Assembly (NCBI GenBank): GCA_033763455.1
Contig: JANRKO010000019.1
Location: 160,001 to 224,000 of the forward strand
Origin: Polyangiaceae bacterium
GTDB lineage: Bacteria > Myxococcota_A > Polyangia > Polyangiales > Polyangiaceae
Reading direction: 5' to 3'
DNA length: 64,000 bases
Position numbers and translations under genes: made by a program. The notes below the pieces were generated by a model that worked only from the letters and a program-made list of their open reading frames with translations, did not search any database and was not told where the DNA came from. This document shows, in pieces, positions 1 to 10,722 of this stretch; the stretch's first letter is position 1, and each line of letters begins with the position of its first letter.

Positions 1-62
1 TCCTCGGCCACCACGCGGCGCAAGAGCTCATCAGGATCTGGACGGTGGGGCTGGTTAGTCAT
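1..62 (-). CDS. kdpD: Sensor histidine kinase KdpD, N-terminus (runs off the left edge)
   Basis: Reverse complement reads MTNQPHRPDPDELLRRVVAE; RPDPDxLL is the typical KdpD N-terminus; lies directly downstream of kdpC. Confidence 0.8.
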   Translation of the reverse strand, partial: MTNQPHRPDPDELLRRVVAE

Positions 63-95
63 CGCTAAGGCTAGGCCCCCTGGCTTGGGCGGCCG

Positions 96-716
96 TTATT
101 TGACCGCGTCCAGAGCGAGATTCAACTCTAAGACGTTGACCCGTGGTTCGCCGATGAATCCTAGCGTCTTTCCAAGCGTGTGATCTAGGACGAGTTGGTT
201 CACCCGGTCAACGGCGAGCCCCCGCGCCTTTGCCACACGGGCTGCCTGCAAGTGGGCGTTAGCTGGGCTGATGTGCGGATCCAGGCCACTCGCAGAGCGT
301 GTGGCGGCATCGGCGGGAACAATGCTACCGGGTGCGAGCCCATTCTCCTCGCGGTAGGCCTTGGCCAGATCTCCGAAGCCAAGGTAGGTCTCGTCGGCCT
401 CTTTGGTGGCCGGATCATCTTTGATGCCGTTCACGAGCTTGTCACTGGTCGGACCGAGGTTCGTGCCGCTCGAGTTCGCAGCGTCGTAGCCTGCGCCCGC
501 GGCTGAAGGCCGTGGATGAAAGTACTCGGGCTTGGTGAAGGCTTGACCCAGAAGGGATGATCCGACGACCTTGCCGTTTGCGTCCTTGACGAAACTGCCG
601 CTGGCTTGGTTGGGAAACGCAACACGGCCAATCGCCCAGACCACGACGGGAAACGCTAGCCCAGTCACGACGACGAAGAAGAGGGTGAGTAAAATGGCAG
701 GACGTAGTTGCTGCAT
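96..716 (-). CDS. kdpC: K+-transporting ATPase subunit C
   Basis: FPNQASGS, GSSLLGQ, YFHPRPS, SASGLDPHIS and VNVLELNLALD motifs; start placed at MQQLRPA. Confidence 0.97.
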   Translation of the reverse strand: MQQLRPAILLTLFFVVVTGLAFPVVVWAIGRVAFPNQASGSFVKDANGKVVGSSLLGQAFTKPEYFHPRPSAAGAGYDAANSSGTNLGPTSDKLVNGIKDDPATKEADETYLGFGDLAKAYREENGLAPGSIVPADAATRSASGLDPHISPANAHLQAARVAKARGLAVDRVNQLVLDHTLGKTLGFIGEPRVNVLELNLALDAVK

Positions 717-718
717 GA

Positions 719-2842
719 TCAAGCGAGCCTCAATAGTACGATGATGCGATCGATGAGCCATATGGCCGGAAAGGGCGCAAGCACCCCACCTACGCCGTAG
801 ATGAGCAGATTGCGGCGCAAGGTGGAGACGGCATTGGTCGGGCGATAGGCAACGCCTCGGAGCGAAAGTGGGATGAGTGCGATGATGATGAGGGCGTTGA
901 AGATAACCGCAGCAAGCACGGCGGACTGTGGGTTCGTGAGTTGCATGAAGTTGAGCTGGCCGAGCGCCGGATAAGTCAGCAAGAACATCGCCGGAATGAT
1001 GGCGAAGTATTTGGCGACGTCATTGGCGATGCTGAACGTCGTCAGTGCCCCGCGCGTCATCAGCATCTGTTTTCCGATCTCCACGACCTCGATCAGCTTG
1101 GTCGGGTTGGAGTCCAAATCGACCATATTTCCTGCTTCTTTAGCGGCCTGGGTTCCGGTATTCATGGCCACGCCCACGTCTGCTTGAGCAAGAGCGGGTG
1201 CGTCGTTCGTTCCATCTCCCGTCATCGCCACCAAACGCCCGCCGGACTGTTCTTCGCGGATGAACGCGAGCTTCATTTCAGGTGTTGCTTCGGCAATAAA
1301 GTCGTCAACACCTGCCTCCGCTGCGATGGCGGCAGCCGTCAGTGGGTTATCACCAGTGACCATGACCGTTTTGATGCCCATCTCGCGAAGTTGCAGAAAG
1401 CGCTCTTTCATACCACCCTTCACAATGTCTTTAAGCTGAATCACGCCAAGTGCCCGCCCACCTTCTGCCACCACAAGCGGCGTCCCACCGTCTTTGGCGA
1501 TGCGTTGAACAAGGTTCTGAATATCGGAGGGAAAAGTACCACCGTGGGACTCGACAAACTTCTTTACACTGTCCGACGCACCCTTCCGGATCTGCGAATC
1601 CCCCACATCCACCCCGCTCATACGGGTGTTGGCGGTAAACTCAACGAAGTGAGCATCACCGAGCTCGCTCACTTCACGGGCCGCGACTCCATATTTGTCC
1701 CTGGCGAGTACGACGATGCTTCTGCCTTCGGGCGTTTCGTCGGCAAGCGATGCCAGTTGGGCGACCCGCGCAAATTCCTCTATCCGTACGTTGCTGCTCG
1801 GGAAAAACTCAGTCGCCTGACGGTTGCCAAGCGTGATCGTACCGGTCTTGTCTAACAGCAAGGTGTTGACGTCGCCAGCCGCCTCCACGGCTTTGCCACT
1901 CATCGCCAATACATTGTGTTGCATCACGCGATCCATGCCGGCGATGCCGATGGCGCTCAAGAGGCCACCGATCGTCGTGGGGATGAGGCAAACGAGCAAC
2001 GCCACGAGGACCGTGATGCTGGGCACCGCTCCCGTTTCGCCCGCCGCGAACTTGGCGAAGGGCAACAAGGTCACCGTGGCGAACACGAAGATGAGTGTAA
2101 GCCCCGCAAGGAGTATTGAAAGCGCGATCTCGTTGGGCGTTTTCTGCCGCTTGGCGCCTTCAACTAGCGCAATCATACGATCAAGAAAGCTATGGCCTGG
2201 GTCTTGGGTTACGCGCACCACGATTCTATCGGAGAGCACTTTGGTACCACCAGTAACAGCGCTTCGGTCACCTCCACTTTCGCGAATAACGGGCGCTGAT
2301 TCACCGGTGATGGCCGACTCGTCTACACTTGCGACACCTTCGATAATCTCGCCGTCCGCTGCGATGACATCACCCACCTCGCACACGAAAAGGTCACCCT
2401 TTGCGAGGCGCGGGGCCGGAACGCGCTCCTCCTTTCCGTTCTGCAGTCGACGCGCTGTCGTGTCGGTTTTCGTCTTGCGCAAGGCGTCGGCCTGCGCTTT
2501 GCCGCGCCCTTCCGCCATCGCTTCTGCGAAGTTTGCAAAGAGCACCGTAAACCAAAGCCAGAGGCAGATTTGGCCCACAAAGAGTGTGTCCGCCGCGTTC
2601 GTTATGAGTCCCCGGATGAAGAAATAGGTGGTAATGGCGCTGCCGACCTCTACCACGAACATCACCGGATTTTTCGCCACTACGCGCGGATCGAGCTTCA
2701 CGAACGCGTCTTTTATGGCGCGGCGCACAATGCTGGCTTCGAAAAGCGCGCGTGGCGCATTTTTGGGTCGCACGCCGCGACTCGTCGAATCGGCTGGGGC
2801 AACTGCTGAAGGGGCAGGATCGAGAGTCTTTTGGGTTGCCAT
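719..2842 (-). CDS. kdpB: K+-transporting P-type ATPase subunit B
   Basis: DKTGT phosphorylation site, [20 protein letters not shown]. Confidence 0.98.
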   Translation of the reverse strand: MATQKTLDPAPSAVAPADSTSRGVRPKNAPRALFEASIVRRAIKDAFVKLDPRVVAKNPVMFVVEVGSAITTYFFIRGLITNAADTLFVGQICLWLWFTVLFANFAEAMAEGRGKAQADALRKTKTDTTARRLQNGKEERVPAPRLAKGDLFVCEVGDVIAADGEIIEGVASVDESAITGESAPVIRESGGDRSAVTGGTKVLSDRIVVRVTQDPGHSFLDRMIALVEGAKRQKTPNEIALSILLAGLTLIFVFATVTLLPFAKFAAGETGAVPSITVLVALLVCLIPTTIGGLLSAIGIAGMDRVMQHNVLAMSGKAVEAAGDVNTLLLDKTGTITLGNRQATEFFPSSNVRIEEFARVAQLASLADETPEGRSIVVLARDKYGVAAREVSELGDAHFVEFTANTRMSGVDVGDSQIRKGASDSVKKFVESHGGTFPSDIQNLVQRIAKDGGTPLVVAEGGRALGVIQLKDIVKGGMKERFLQLREMGIKTVMVTGDNPLTAAAIAAEAGVDDFIAEATPEMKLAFIREEQSGGRLVAMTGDGTNDAPALAQADVGVAMNTGTQAAKEAGNMVDLDSNPTKLIEVVEIGKQMLMTRGALTTFSIANDVAKYFAIIPAMFLLTYPALGQLNFMQLTNPQSAVLAAVIFNALIIIALIPLSLRGVAYRPTNAVSTLRRNLLIYGVGGVLAPFPAIWLIDRIIVLLRLA

Positions 2843-2855
2843 AGTGTCTATTCCG

Positions 2856-4667
2856 TCAGTGAGTTCCCAAGGTGTGCATCTGGAAGTGCTCAACGATGGG
2901 TCCGAGCGCGAGCCCCGGGAAATAGGTGAGCGCTCCTACGGTCAGCACGACGCCGATCAAGAGAGCCGTAAACGTGGGTGTATCAGTAGGGAATGTGCCG
3001 GATGAGGCAGGAACGAGTGTCTTTTTCGCCAAAGCGCCCGCCATGGCCAAGAGGGGCACGATCATGAAAAAGCGTCCAAACAACATCGAAAGGGCGATGG
3101 TCGTGTTGTACCAGGGCGTGTTTGCGGTGATGCCTGCGAAGGCAGAACCGTTGTTTCCCGTGCCTGAGGCATAAGCGTAGAAGATTTCGCTGAAGCCGTG
3201 AGGGCCACCGTTGTTGAGATTGTTCGTCGTCGCTCCGTAGACAGTGTCGGAGCCGCCGTAGGCGCTGCCTGGCCAGGTATTGAGTGCCGCAAGCGCACCT
3301 TCCTTGGGTATATCCACGGTGCTTGAGAGTGCCGTGAATCCGAGCACGCAAGCAGCCAAGATAAGAGTCGCCAACATCGCCATTTGCACCTCGAATTTCT
3401 CAATCTTCTTGCCGAGGTATTCCGGCGTTCGACCCACCATGAGGCCAGCGATGAACACGGCCAAGATGGCAAACATCAACATACCGTAAAGACCAGCACC
3501 GACGCCACCGAAGATCACTTCACCAGTCAGCATGTTAAATAGCGGCACAAGCCCACCCAGAGGCGTGAAGCTGTCGTGCATCGAGTTGACGGCTCCACAC
3601 GAAGCCCCGGTCGTCACCGTTGCAAACAACGCTGAGCTGGCGATACCGAAGCGGACTTCTTTGCCCTCCATGTTGCCACCGGGCTGGAGCGGTGTGGCGG
3701 CCGTCTCGATATTGGCGTTGGCAAGGTGCGGGGTTCCCGCTTGCTCCCCGACAGTGCAAACAACGACGCCCACGATGGCCAAAAAGGCCATGGCGCCAAA
3801 AATGGCCCAACCCTGCTTGGCATTGCCGACCATTTTGCCAAACGTGTGCGTGATGGCGGCCGGGATCATCCAAATGAGGAGAACCGTAAAGAAGCTGCTG
3901 AGCGCAGTTGGGTTTTCGAAGGGGTGCGCGGAATTCGCATTGAAAAAACCGCCGCCGTTGGTTCCGAGCTGCTTGATGATCTCCTGGGAAGCCACCGGGC
4001 CGAGCGCGATTGTCTGCTTACCACCTTCGAGCGTAGTCACCACGGTGTAGGGATCAAAATTCTGTGGGACCCCTAGCGCGAGGTAGATCACGGCGCCCAC
4101 CAAGGCTATCGGCAGGAGCACGTACAGGGTGGCGCGCACCACATCAACCCAGAAGTTCCCGATGCCATTGGCGTTCTTCCGCGCAAAGCCTCGAACCAGA
4201 GCGATGGCGATCCCGATACCCACGGCCGCAGACGCCCAGTTGTGGATGGCCAGTGCCACCATATTCGAGAAATACGAAAGAGTGACCTCCGGCGAATAGC
4301 TCTGCCAGTTGGTGTTCGTCGTGAACGACACGGCGGTATTGAACGCCAGATCGGGGCTCATTTGCTTGGCTCCGAAACCTTGCGGATTCAGCGGTAGAAA
4401 GCCTTGAAACCGCAACGCTGCATAGGTGAAAAGCAGCGAAACAATTGAGAATAGGAGCATGGCCACGGCATAGGTGGTCCACTTCATGTCGTTATTTGGG
4501 TCTACGCGGAGCACGCGATAGGTTCCTCGCTCCAGCCAGCCGAGCGGCGTGTGCAGGAACGTTTTCTCCCCTGAAAACACCCGAGCCATGTACGAACCCA
4601 AGGGCTTCGTAACCAAAAACAGCAGGCCAAAGAAAACGATACTTAGCAGAATAGCGGAAGTCGTCAT
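2856..4667 (-). CDS. kdpA: K+-transporting ATPase subunit A
   Basis: [23 protein letters not shown] and GNNGSAF selectivity-filter motifs. Confidence 0.98.
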   Translation of the reverse strand: MTTSAILLSIVFFGLLFLVTKPLGSYMARVFSGEKTFLHTPLGWLERGTYRVLRVDPNNDMKWTTYAVAMLLFSIVSLLFTYAALRFQGFLPLNPQGFGAKQMSPDLAFNTAVSFTTNTNWQSYSPEVTLSYFSNMVALAIHNWASAAVGIGIAIALVRGFARKNANGIGNFWVDVVRATLYVLLPIALVGAVIYLALGVPQNFDPYTVVTTLEGGKQTIALGPVASQEIIKQLGTNGGGFFNANSAHPFENPTALSSFFTVLLIWMIPAAITHTFGKMVGNAKQGWAIFGAMAFLAIVGVVVCTVGEQAGTPHLANANIETAATPLQPGGNMEGKEVRFGIASSALFATVTTGASCGAVNSMHDSFTPLGGLVPLFNMLTGEVIFGGVGAGLYGMLMFAILAVFIAGLMVGRTPEYLGKKIEKFEVQMAMLATLILAACVLGFTALSSTVDIPKEGALAALNTWPGSAYGGSDTVYGATTNNLNNGGPHGFSEIFYAYASGTGNNGSAFAGITANTPWYNTTIALSMLFGRFFMIVPLLAMAGALAKKTLVPASSGTFPTDTPTFTALLIGVVLTVGALTYFPGLALGPIVEHFQMHTLGTH

Positions 4668-4670
4668 GGT

Positions 4671-4757
4671 TCAGAACTTCTCCGGCACGAGCAGAGCGTA
4701 AACGAGGTACACCAACAACATGAGCGTCACCGCCCCAATCCAAAGCGTGTCAGTCAT
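4671..4757 (-). CDS. kdpF: K+-transporting ATPase subunit F (28 aa; not in the ORF track)
   Basis: MTDTLWIGAVTLMLLVYLVYALLVPEKF* matches the KdpF C-terminus YLxYALLxPExF; immediately upstream of kdpA. Confidence 0.93.
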   Translation of the reverse strand: MTDTLWIGAVTLMLLVYLVYALLVPEKF

Positions 4758-4860
4758 GGGGGCTGCCTCCGCGCAGGTGCTCGCAACCGCGGGTGTAGGC
4801 GATGCACAGGGCAAAAAAGCCCACAGAAACAGCCACGAAAATTAGGTCACTCATACTCAT
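4750..4860 (-). CDS. Small membrane peptide upstream of kdpF (36 aa; not in the ORF track)
   Basis: MSMSDLIFVAVSVGFFALCIAYTRGCEHLRGGSPHD*; one hydrophobic helix; stop overlaps the kdpF start. Confidence 0.7.
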   Translation of the reverse strand: MSMSDLIFVAVSVGFFALCIAYTRGCEHLRGGSPHD

Positions 4861-4989
4861 TTCTCAGGGATTTTTGCACGGCGCTTATATTTGGCGTTAA
4901 TCCGATTCTTGATTCCACGAACGTTGATTGAAGCCAGCCAATCGTAATCGCTAGTCCATCAACGAGGCGTAAAGAGATCACGGCTCAAG

Positions 4990-5005
4990 GTAAGGGAAAG
5001 ATAAA
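4990..5005 (-). promoter_or_regulatory. Putative KdpE-binding T-rich site
   Basis: Minus strand TTTATCTTTCCCTTAC resembles the E. coli kdp operator (TTTATACTTTTTTTAC); lies upstream of the kdp operon. Confidence 0.5.
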
Positions 5006-5093
5006 GATTGCGTCACTCAGCCAACGCGCGCGTTACCACAAGCGCCAGCCGAGCTAGAGTTGTGCCCCCCAATTGTCCCTATCCAGTTAGCCC

Positions 5094-5624
5094 CTAAGGC
5101 AAACGTTCTTTCGGCACCAACCCCTGTGCTAAACGCACGTAGCGCGGCGAAAATACCTTATTCTGCTCCAGCTCTTCAGGCGTAAGTTGGCGAACCACTT
5201 TCGCCGGCCGACCAAGCACGAGCGTTCGTGGCGGCACCACGAGCCTGCCGACCAATAGAGAGCCCGCTCCCACCATCGCGCCTTCTCCAACAACCACTTG
5301 ATCCATCAAGATCGAGCCGAGCCCTATGATCGCTCCGTCACGGATCTCGGCACCGTGGATCATCACACCGTGACCCACCGTAACGTCGTTGCCGATAACG
5401 GTGTTGGAAAGGCCCGTCGTCATGTGCAACATACTGAGATCTTGAATGCTCGTGCGCGCACCGATCCGAATCGCGCCAACATCGCCCCGAAGCACGGCGC
5501 CATACCAGATACTAGAATCATCCCCAATCTCCACGTCGCCTATTATGGTGGCATTTTCGGCCAAAAATACCCCGCTGCCAAAGCGCGGATGAAACTCTGC
5601 GAAGCTCTTGACGAGGGCCATCAC
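5094..5624 (-). CDS. Gamma carbonic anhydrase family hexapeptide-repeat protein (YrdA-like)
   Basis: IIGDVEIG, WYGAVLRGD, IQD, VTVGHGVMIHG. Confidence 0.92.
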   Translation of the reverse strand: MMALVKSFAEFHPRFGSGVFLAENATIIGDVEIGDDSSIWYGAVLRGDVGAIRIGARTSIQDLSMLHMTTGLSNTVIGNDVTVGHGVMIHGAEIRDGAIIGLGSILMDQVVVGEGAMVGAGSLLVGRLVVPPRTLVLGRPAKVVRQLTPEELEQNKVFSPRYVRLAQGLVPKERLP

Positions 5625-7069
5625 ATCACCGGAAGTGCTCTAAGCTGGGCTTTCGTTTTCTGATCTTGCCAGGGCAGGTGCCGCGTGGGTTCCACGAGCT
5701 CAGCGGCCAAGGAATTTTTGAAAGCGCGCAGAATGCGAACCTCGCAGACTTCCCCCACTGGGCTCGTGGTTGCCCAAAAGTGCACAATTTCGTTGCGTTC
5801 GGTGCGGCCTGTGTAGCCACCGCGCTGATTCAACCCCTCCACCAACACCTGCTGAGTGGTACCGATAAGGCTCGTCAGGTGCGCAATCCGTGCCCGCTCA
5901 ACCACATCAAACAACTCAGCCAAACGCCGAGCTTTTTCGGGCTCCGGCACGTCATCTTCCAGCTTGAGCGAAGGCGTGTGTGGCCGCGGTGAATACTTGA
6001 AACCAAAAAGCCCAACAAACCCAACTTTTTCAACGAGCTCTAACGTCGCCTGAAAATCCTCGAGCGTCTCTCCCGGAAAACCGACGATCACGTCGGTTGA
6101 AAGAGTCATCCCAGGCACCGAGTCCCTGAGGGCTGTGATGCGCTCAAGGTACTCTTCGGCACTGTAGCGCCGAATCATCTTCTTAAGCAGGCGGTCGCTG
6201 CCTGATTGCACAGGCATATGCACGTGTTTGGCGAGGATCGGTATCTCGGTGTGTGCCGAAATCAAGCGCGCTGTAAGGTGGCGCGGGTGCGGGCTCGTGT
6301 AGCGTAAGCGCAAAAGGCCCGGCACTTGGCGAGCAATCGCGTGCAAGAGTGCAGGGAATTCGCTTTCTGCCTCGTTGGCTCGAAGGTGCGGAGCTTGACG
6401 GAATTCGAGTGCCGAGGGCGGTGCAGCCGGCAGGCTTCCGGAAGGGTCGCGGTAGCTGTTCACCGTTTGCCCGAGTAGCGTCACTTCCTTCACCCCCGCC
6501 AAAACCAGCCGTTCGATCTCGTCTAAGATCTCTCTGGATGGGCGGTAGCGTTCTGGCCCGCGAGTGTATGGCACCACACAATACGAGCAGCGCTCATCGC
6601 ACCCCTTCATCACGGTTACGAAAGCGCTCGGCATGACTTTGCCCGCCTCGGGGCGTGCTTGCAGGAATTCAGGTGCGTCGAGATCGAACTCGGTGCGAAC
6701 CTGCGGAGGCGACCCGGCCTCCGCGCGGGCTAAAAGGGTGGGAAGCTCCGCAATGTTGTCCGGCCCGATCACGATGTCGATCTGCGGGAGCGTCTTGATG
6801 AGGCGTTCGCCTTCTTGTTGGGCCACGCAACCGGCAACGCCAATCAGGAGGCCGGGCCGCTCACGCTTGAGCAGGCCCAAACGCCCCACTTCACTGCGTA
6901 GCTTCTGTTCGGCTTTCTCTCGCACGCTGCACGTGTTCAGGAGCACCACGTCCGCCTCTTCGAGCTTCTCGGTCGCCCAATATCCGGCGCCCGTGAGCAC
7001 TTCGGAGAGGCGCTCTGAATCGTGGCTGTTCATCTGGCAGCCGAAGGTAATGACACTGAAAGCGGGCAT
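5621..7069 (-). CDS. miaB: tRNA methylthiotransferase MiaB
   Basis: TFGCQMN, NTCSVREKAE, GCVAQ, radical SAM CDERCSYC, C-terminal TRAM-like domain. Confidence 0.96.
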   Translation of the reverse strand: MPAFSVITFGCQMNSHDSERLSEVLTGAGYWATEKLEEADVVLLNTCSVREKAEQKLRSEVGRLGLLKRERPGLLIGVAGCVAQQEGERLIKTLPQIDIVIGPDNIAELPTLLARAEAGSPPQVRTEFDLDAPEFLQARPEAGKVMPSAFVTVMKGCDERCSYCVVPYTRGPERYRPSREILDEIERLVLAGVKEVTLLGQTVNSYRDPSGSLPAAPPSALEFRQAPHLRANEAESEFPALLHAIARQVPGLLRLRYTSPHPRHLTARLISAHTEIPILAKHVHMPVQSGSDRLLKKMIRRYSAEEYLERITALRDSVPGMTLSTDVIVGFPGETLEDFQATLELVEKVGFVGLFGFKYSPRPHTPSLKLEDDVPEPEKARRLAELFDVVERARIAHLTSLIGTTQQVLVEGLNQRGGYTGRTERNEIVHFWATTSPVGEVCEVRILRAFKNSLAAELVEPTRHLPWQDQKTKAQLRALPVM

Positions 7070-7210
7070 GGCCGGGCCCCTATAGCACGCAATCCGGGAC
7101 GGCCAGCCCCGGGCCCAAAGGGCTGGACCGCGGGAGCGGATTGACCGGCTCGGGCACGCTTCCTATCTTCCCGGAGTCCCGAAAATCCCGTCAATTTCTG
7201 GAGGAGCACT

Positions 7211-8974
7211 ATGGATCCCGAATACGCGAATCTCGTCGAACTGTTCGAGCAAGCCTGCGCCAAGTTCGATGCTCGCGAGTTGTTCGGAACCAAGCGGGGT
7301 GGCCGCTGGGAGTGGATGACGTTCGGGCAGTTCAAGGCCGACGTGGATAAGTGCCGGGGCGGCCTCGCGCAGCTGGGAGTGAGAGCCGGGGATAAGGTGG
7401 CGATAATCTCCAATAATCGCGTGGAATGGGCGGTGTTGGCGTACGCCACCTATTCGCTCGGGGCGGTTTACGTACCGATGTATGAAGTACAGCCCAAGGA
7501 TGAATGGGCTTTCATCTTGCATGATTCCGACGCCAAAGTGGTGGTCGCAGCGACTCGGGTGATTGCGGAAACGTTGGAAGGCTTGCGAACCGGCTGTCCC
7601 AAGTTGGAAAAGATCATCAGCTTGGAGGGCCCCGGTGGCTCCCTCTCTTACGAAGCCCTGCTCAGCCAGGGCGCCAGAACACCCAAAGATCCCGTGTATC
7701 CAGCGTCGAGTGAGGTTGCCGGCTTCATCTACACGTCGGGCACCACCGGGATGCCCAAGGGCGTAGTCCTCTCGCACTCGAACATCTGCTTCGACATTTG
7801 GGCCTCATTTTCCTGTTTTGACTTTGGCCCGCTAGACCGCTCGTTAGCGTTTTTGCCCTGGGCACACTCTTACGGCCAAGTAGCAGAGCTGCACGGGCTC
7901 CTTAGCCGCGGCACCTCGATCGCGATCAACGACGAGGTACCAAACCTCGTCGCCAACTTGGCCGAGGTGCGGCCAACCGTGCTGGTTGCCGTACCAAGGA
8001 TCTTTAACCGCATCTACGACGGCATCCAGAAACAGATGGCGGCCAAGCCGGGCGCCATTCGCGCGTTGTTCAAAAAAGGCGTCGACGTAGCCGGAAAAAA
8101 GAGCCGGGGTGAGAGAATTGGCACGCTCGATAGCATGGCCCACGCCTTGGCGGATAAGCTCATTTTCTCCAAGGTTCGAGCCAAATTCGGCGGCCGGTTG
8201 CGGTTTGTGGTGAGCGGAAGCTCGGCACTCAACAAAGACGTCGCCATGTTCATCGATGCGCTCGGAATCGAGGTTTATGAAGGATACGGCCTCAGCGAAA
8301 CGAGCCCCGTGGCAGCGAGCAATTACCCCGGGCACCGCAAGATCGGCAGCGTTGGCCTACCGCTACCAGGCGTCGAAATTCGTATTGATAAGAGCGTTTC
8401 CGATGATAACCACCAGGGGGAGATCTTGATCAAAGGTCGCAATGTAATGCAAGGTTATCACAATCGCCCGGAAGAAACGGCCCTAGTACTCCCAGGTGAC
8501 GGTTACCTCCGCACAGGAGATCTCGGCTACCTTGATGAAGACGGTTACCTCTTCATCACTGGGCGCCTGAAAGAGCAATACAAGCTGGAAAACGGTAAAT
8601 ACGTGGCGCCGGCACCGCTCGAAGAGGACCTCAAGCTTTCGCCGTTCATTCTAAATGCCATGCTGTACGGCGCCAACCACGCCTACAATGTGGCCCTCAT
8701 CGTGGTCGACAAAGTAGCAGTTGCCGAGTGGGCCAAAGAAAATGGCGTTGAACTAGGGGACCTCTCGAAGAACCAGAAGCTGAACGAACTTCTGTTTCGT
8801 GAGATTGAGACCTATGGGTCTAAATTCAAGAGCTTCGAGCGGCCCAAGAAGCTCTTCATCACCGACGAAGATTTTAGTACAGAAAATGAGCTTCTAACCC
8901 CATCCCTCAAGATCAAACGGCGCAATGTGTTGGCCAAATATGGCAAACAATTAGAGGCACTCTATTCGGAGTAA
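7211..8974 (+). CDS. Long-chain fatty acid-CoA ligase (AMP-dependent)
   Basis: YTSGTTGMPKG, YEGYGLSET, TGDLG, LLTPSLKIKR. Confidence 0.93.
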   Translation: MDPEYANLVELFEQACAKFDARELFGTKRGGRWEWMTFGQFKADVDKCRGGLAQLGVRAGDKVAIISNNRVEWAVLAYATYSLGAVYVPMYEVQPKDEWAFILHDSDAKVVVAATRVIAETLEGLRTGCPKLEKIISLEGPGGSLSYEALLSQGARTPKDPVYPASSEVAGFIYTSGTTGMPKGVVLSHSNICFDIWASFSCFDFGPLDRSLAFLPWAHSYGQVAELHGLLSRGTSIAINDEVPNLVANLAEVRPTVLVAVPRIFNRIYDGIQKQMAAKPGAIRALFKKGVDVAGKKSRGERIGTLDSMAHALADKLIFSKVRAKFGGRLRFVVSGSSALNKDVAMFIDALGIEVYEGYGLSETSPVAASNYPGHRKIGSVGLPLPGVEIRIDKSVSDDNHQGEILIKGRNVMQGYHNRPEETALVLPGDGYLRTGDLGYLDEDGYLFITGRLKEQYKLENGKYVAPAPLEEDLKLSPFILNAMLYGANHAYNVALIVVDKVAVAEWAKENGVELGDLSKNQKLNELLFREIETYGSKFKSFERPKKLFITDEDFSTENELLTPSLKIKRRNVLAKYGKQLEALYSE

Positions 8975-9061
8975 GCCCAATACCCCCGAAACCTAAACTA
9001 GCGACGGAAGCCAGCTTTGATTTCGGGGGTTGTGCTTGTGGCACGTGGTCAGCTTTCGCCA

Positions 9062-10174
9062 TCATGCGCCACTCTTGCCGTTGGTGAGAAGCTGCGCCGG
9101 GAGCAGTGATTGGAGCCCGTCGGCCCCAACCACCACCTTCACTTCTTGGATGTGCTGAGCGATCTCTTTCATCGCTTCCAGCTCCTTCAAGCGCAAAAGT
9201 ACCGGGTTTGCCTCCATAACCTTGGCCGTGTTCGCCAACGACCGCGTAGCGGCCGTTTCTTCACGACGTAAGATCACGTTGGCCGCAGCTTCCTTTTCGG
9301 CCTCGATCACGCGATTCAACAGGGCTTTCATTTCACCCGGCAAAACCACGTCTTTGACACCCACATGTTCGATCTTGACTCCCAGCGCCGTGGTGCATGC
9401 CGTAACCCGTCGCTCCATGAAGCGTGTCATTTCGTCACGCCCTTCGAGCAATTGATCGAGGGTTACCCCGGCCACGTATTCACGCGCGGCAAGCTGGGCT
9501 GCCGTGTAGACAGAATCCCGTAGGTTCTGCACCTTGGTTGCAACCACCACCGGATCAGAAACAGCGTATTCGGCCGTTAACGTCAAACGCAACGTCACCT
9601 TATCTCGCGTCATCAATTCCTGACCAGCAATGGTTACTTCCTGGCGCCGCATATCCACGACGCCAATCTCGGCCTTGGCTCCAGGGTGCGTCCACAACTT
9701 GTATCGGCCCGGCGGCAACACAGAAACGAAGCGCCCCTGCTCGTAACGCAAGCCCATTTGGTAGGCCAATACCGTTACGTCAATGTACTCATTGGACGGA
9801 ATCAACCGCTCCAACTCTGCCGACATTTCCGGCAAAGGCTGAGTAACATCGAACACCGAAAGCTGCACAGAAGCATCTACGGTCCAATAACGGTGCACCC
9901 CCGGGCGCAAAAATGCCACCGGCACACCATCTTTGAACAGGACACCTCGTTCACCAGAACCAATCACAACCTCACGAAACCAAGCAGAAGGCAGTTTTGC
10001 CCGGACTTCCGGCAGGGCTGAAAACAGCAAAACACTGGTATCGAACCGTTGCTCAGTGAGCCGCAACGACCAAACCCGATAACGGCCCGGGCCAAGTGCA
10101 GCTACAGGTAAGCCGTCCTTGAAAAGAACCACTCGTTCGTTTAACTTCACACGAATCAATTTTGACCACAACAT
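9062..10174 (-). CDS. Slipin family SPFH/band-7 protein
   Basis: Three LxPGxY/H N-terminal repeats, GQELMTRDKVTLR, VKDVVLPGEMK, RREETAATRSLANTA; SD GAGG upstream. Confidence 0.92.
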   Translation of the reverse strand: MLWSKLIRVKLNERVVLFKDGLPVAALGPGRYRVWSLRLTEQRFDTSVLLFSALPEVRAKLPSAWFREVVIGSGERGVLFKDGVPVAFLRPGVHRYWTVDASVQLSVFDVTQPLPEMSAELERLIPSNEYIDVTVLAYQMGLRYEQGRFVSVLPPGRYKLWTHPGAKAEIGVVDMRRQEVTIAGQELMTRDKVTLRLTLTAEYAVSDPVVVATKVQNLRDSVYTAAQLAAREYVAGVTLDQLLEGRDEMTRFMERRVTACTTALGVKIEHVGVKDVVLPGEMKALLNRVIEAEKEAAANVILRREETAATRSLANTAKVMEANPVLLRLKELEAMKEIAQHIQEVKVVVGADGLQSLLPAQLLTNGKSGA

Positions 10175-10653
10175 GGGTCACCTCTTGGGTTGATGGACTC
10201 CCACCTTCGGCGTGAGCACCATGCCCGCGCCTTTGGAGATCGTCGATTGCTGGTATTTGCCGATACCGTCGGCTTTCGGCGAGCCCGCCTTTGGCCCTAG
10301 TAGTAGGGAGAACGGGACTCGGAAGATGTGCGGGGGCTCTGCAGACTGCTTGAGCCCGAAATTAGTGGCTCCAGAGGTTCAAAGCCCGGCGCCTAGGTTG
10401 AAGCGCAGTGTGAAGCCGCCGTAGCGGCCTCCGAAACGCTTCTCGCTTGAGCGTCTTGGGTCCGATGATTTGCGCGAAATCACTGCGATCTCACCCGGTT
10501 GCAGTCAGCGGGCGCCGAGGCGATGGCCGAAGCTTGCGAGCGAAATGTACGTGAGTTTGGGCAAAACTCGGGTCCGTTCGCCTTCCCCCAATGGCTGCGG
10601 AAGGGCTTTGAAAACCTCTGGAAACCTGGTGTGAATGCCTTTTTAAGGCCAGG

Positions 10654-10722
10654 CCCTTTGCTCTACCCGATGAGCTACAACTCCGTGAGGAGAAGATCGG
10701 ATTCGAACCGACTACCGAAGGG
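10654..10722 (-). ncRNA. Circularly permuted tRNA-like module (YrlA-type topology)
   Basis: CCCTT-CGGTA-GTCGG TTCGAAT CCGAT-CTTCTCC-TCAC-GGAGTTG-TA-GCTC ATCGGGTA GAGC-A-AAGGG: T-arm precedes D-arm and the acceptor-like stem is closed by a 4-nt loop. Confidence 0.72.

Noticed and set aside
5621..7069. Functional link between miaB and the tRNA-like array
   Set aside because: An unrelated gene separates them, and the CUA element has U37, so it is not a MiaA/MiaB substrate
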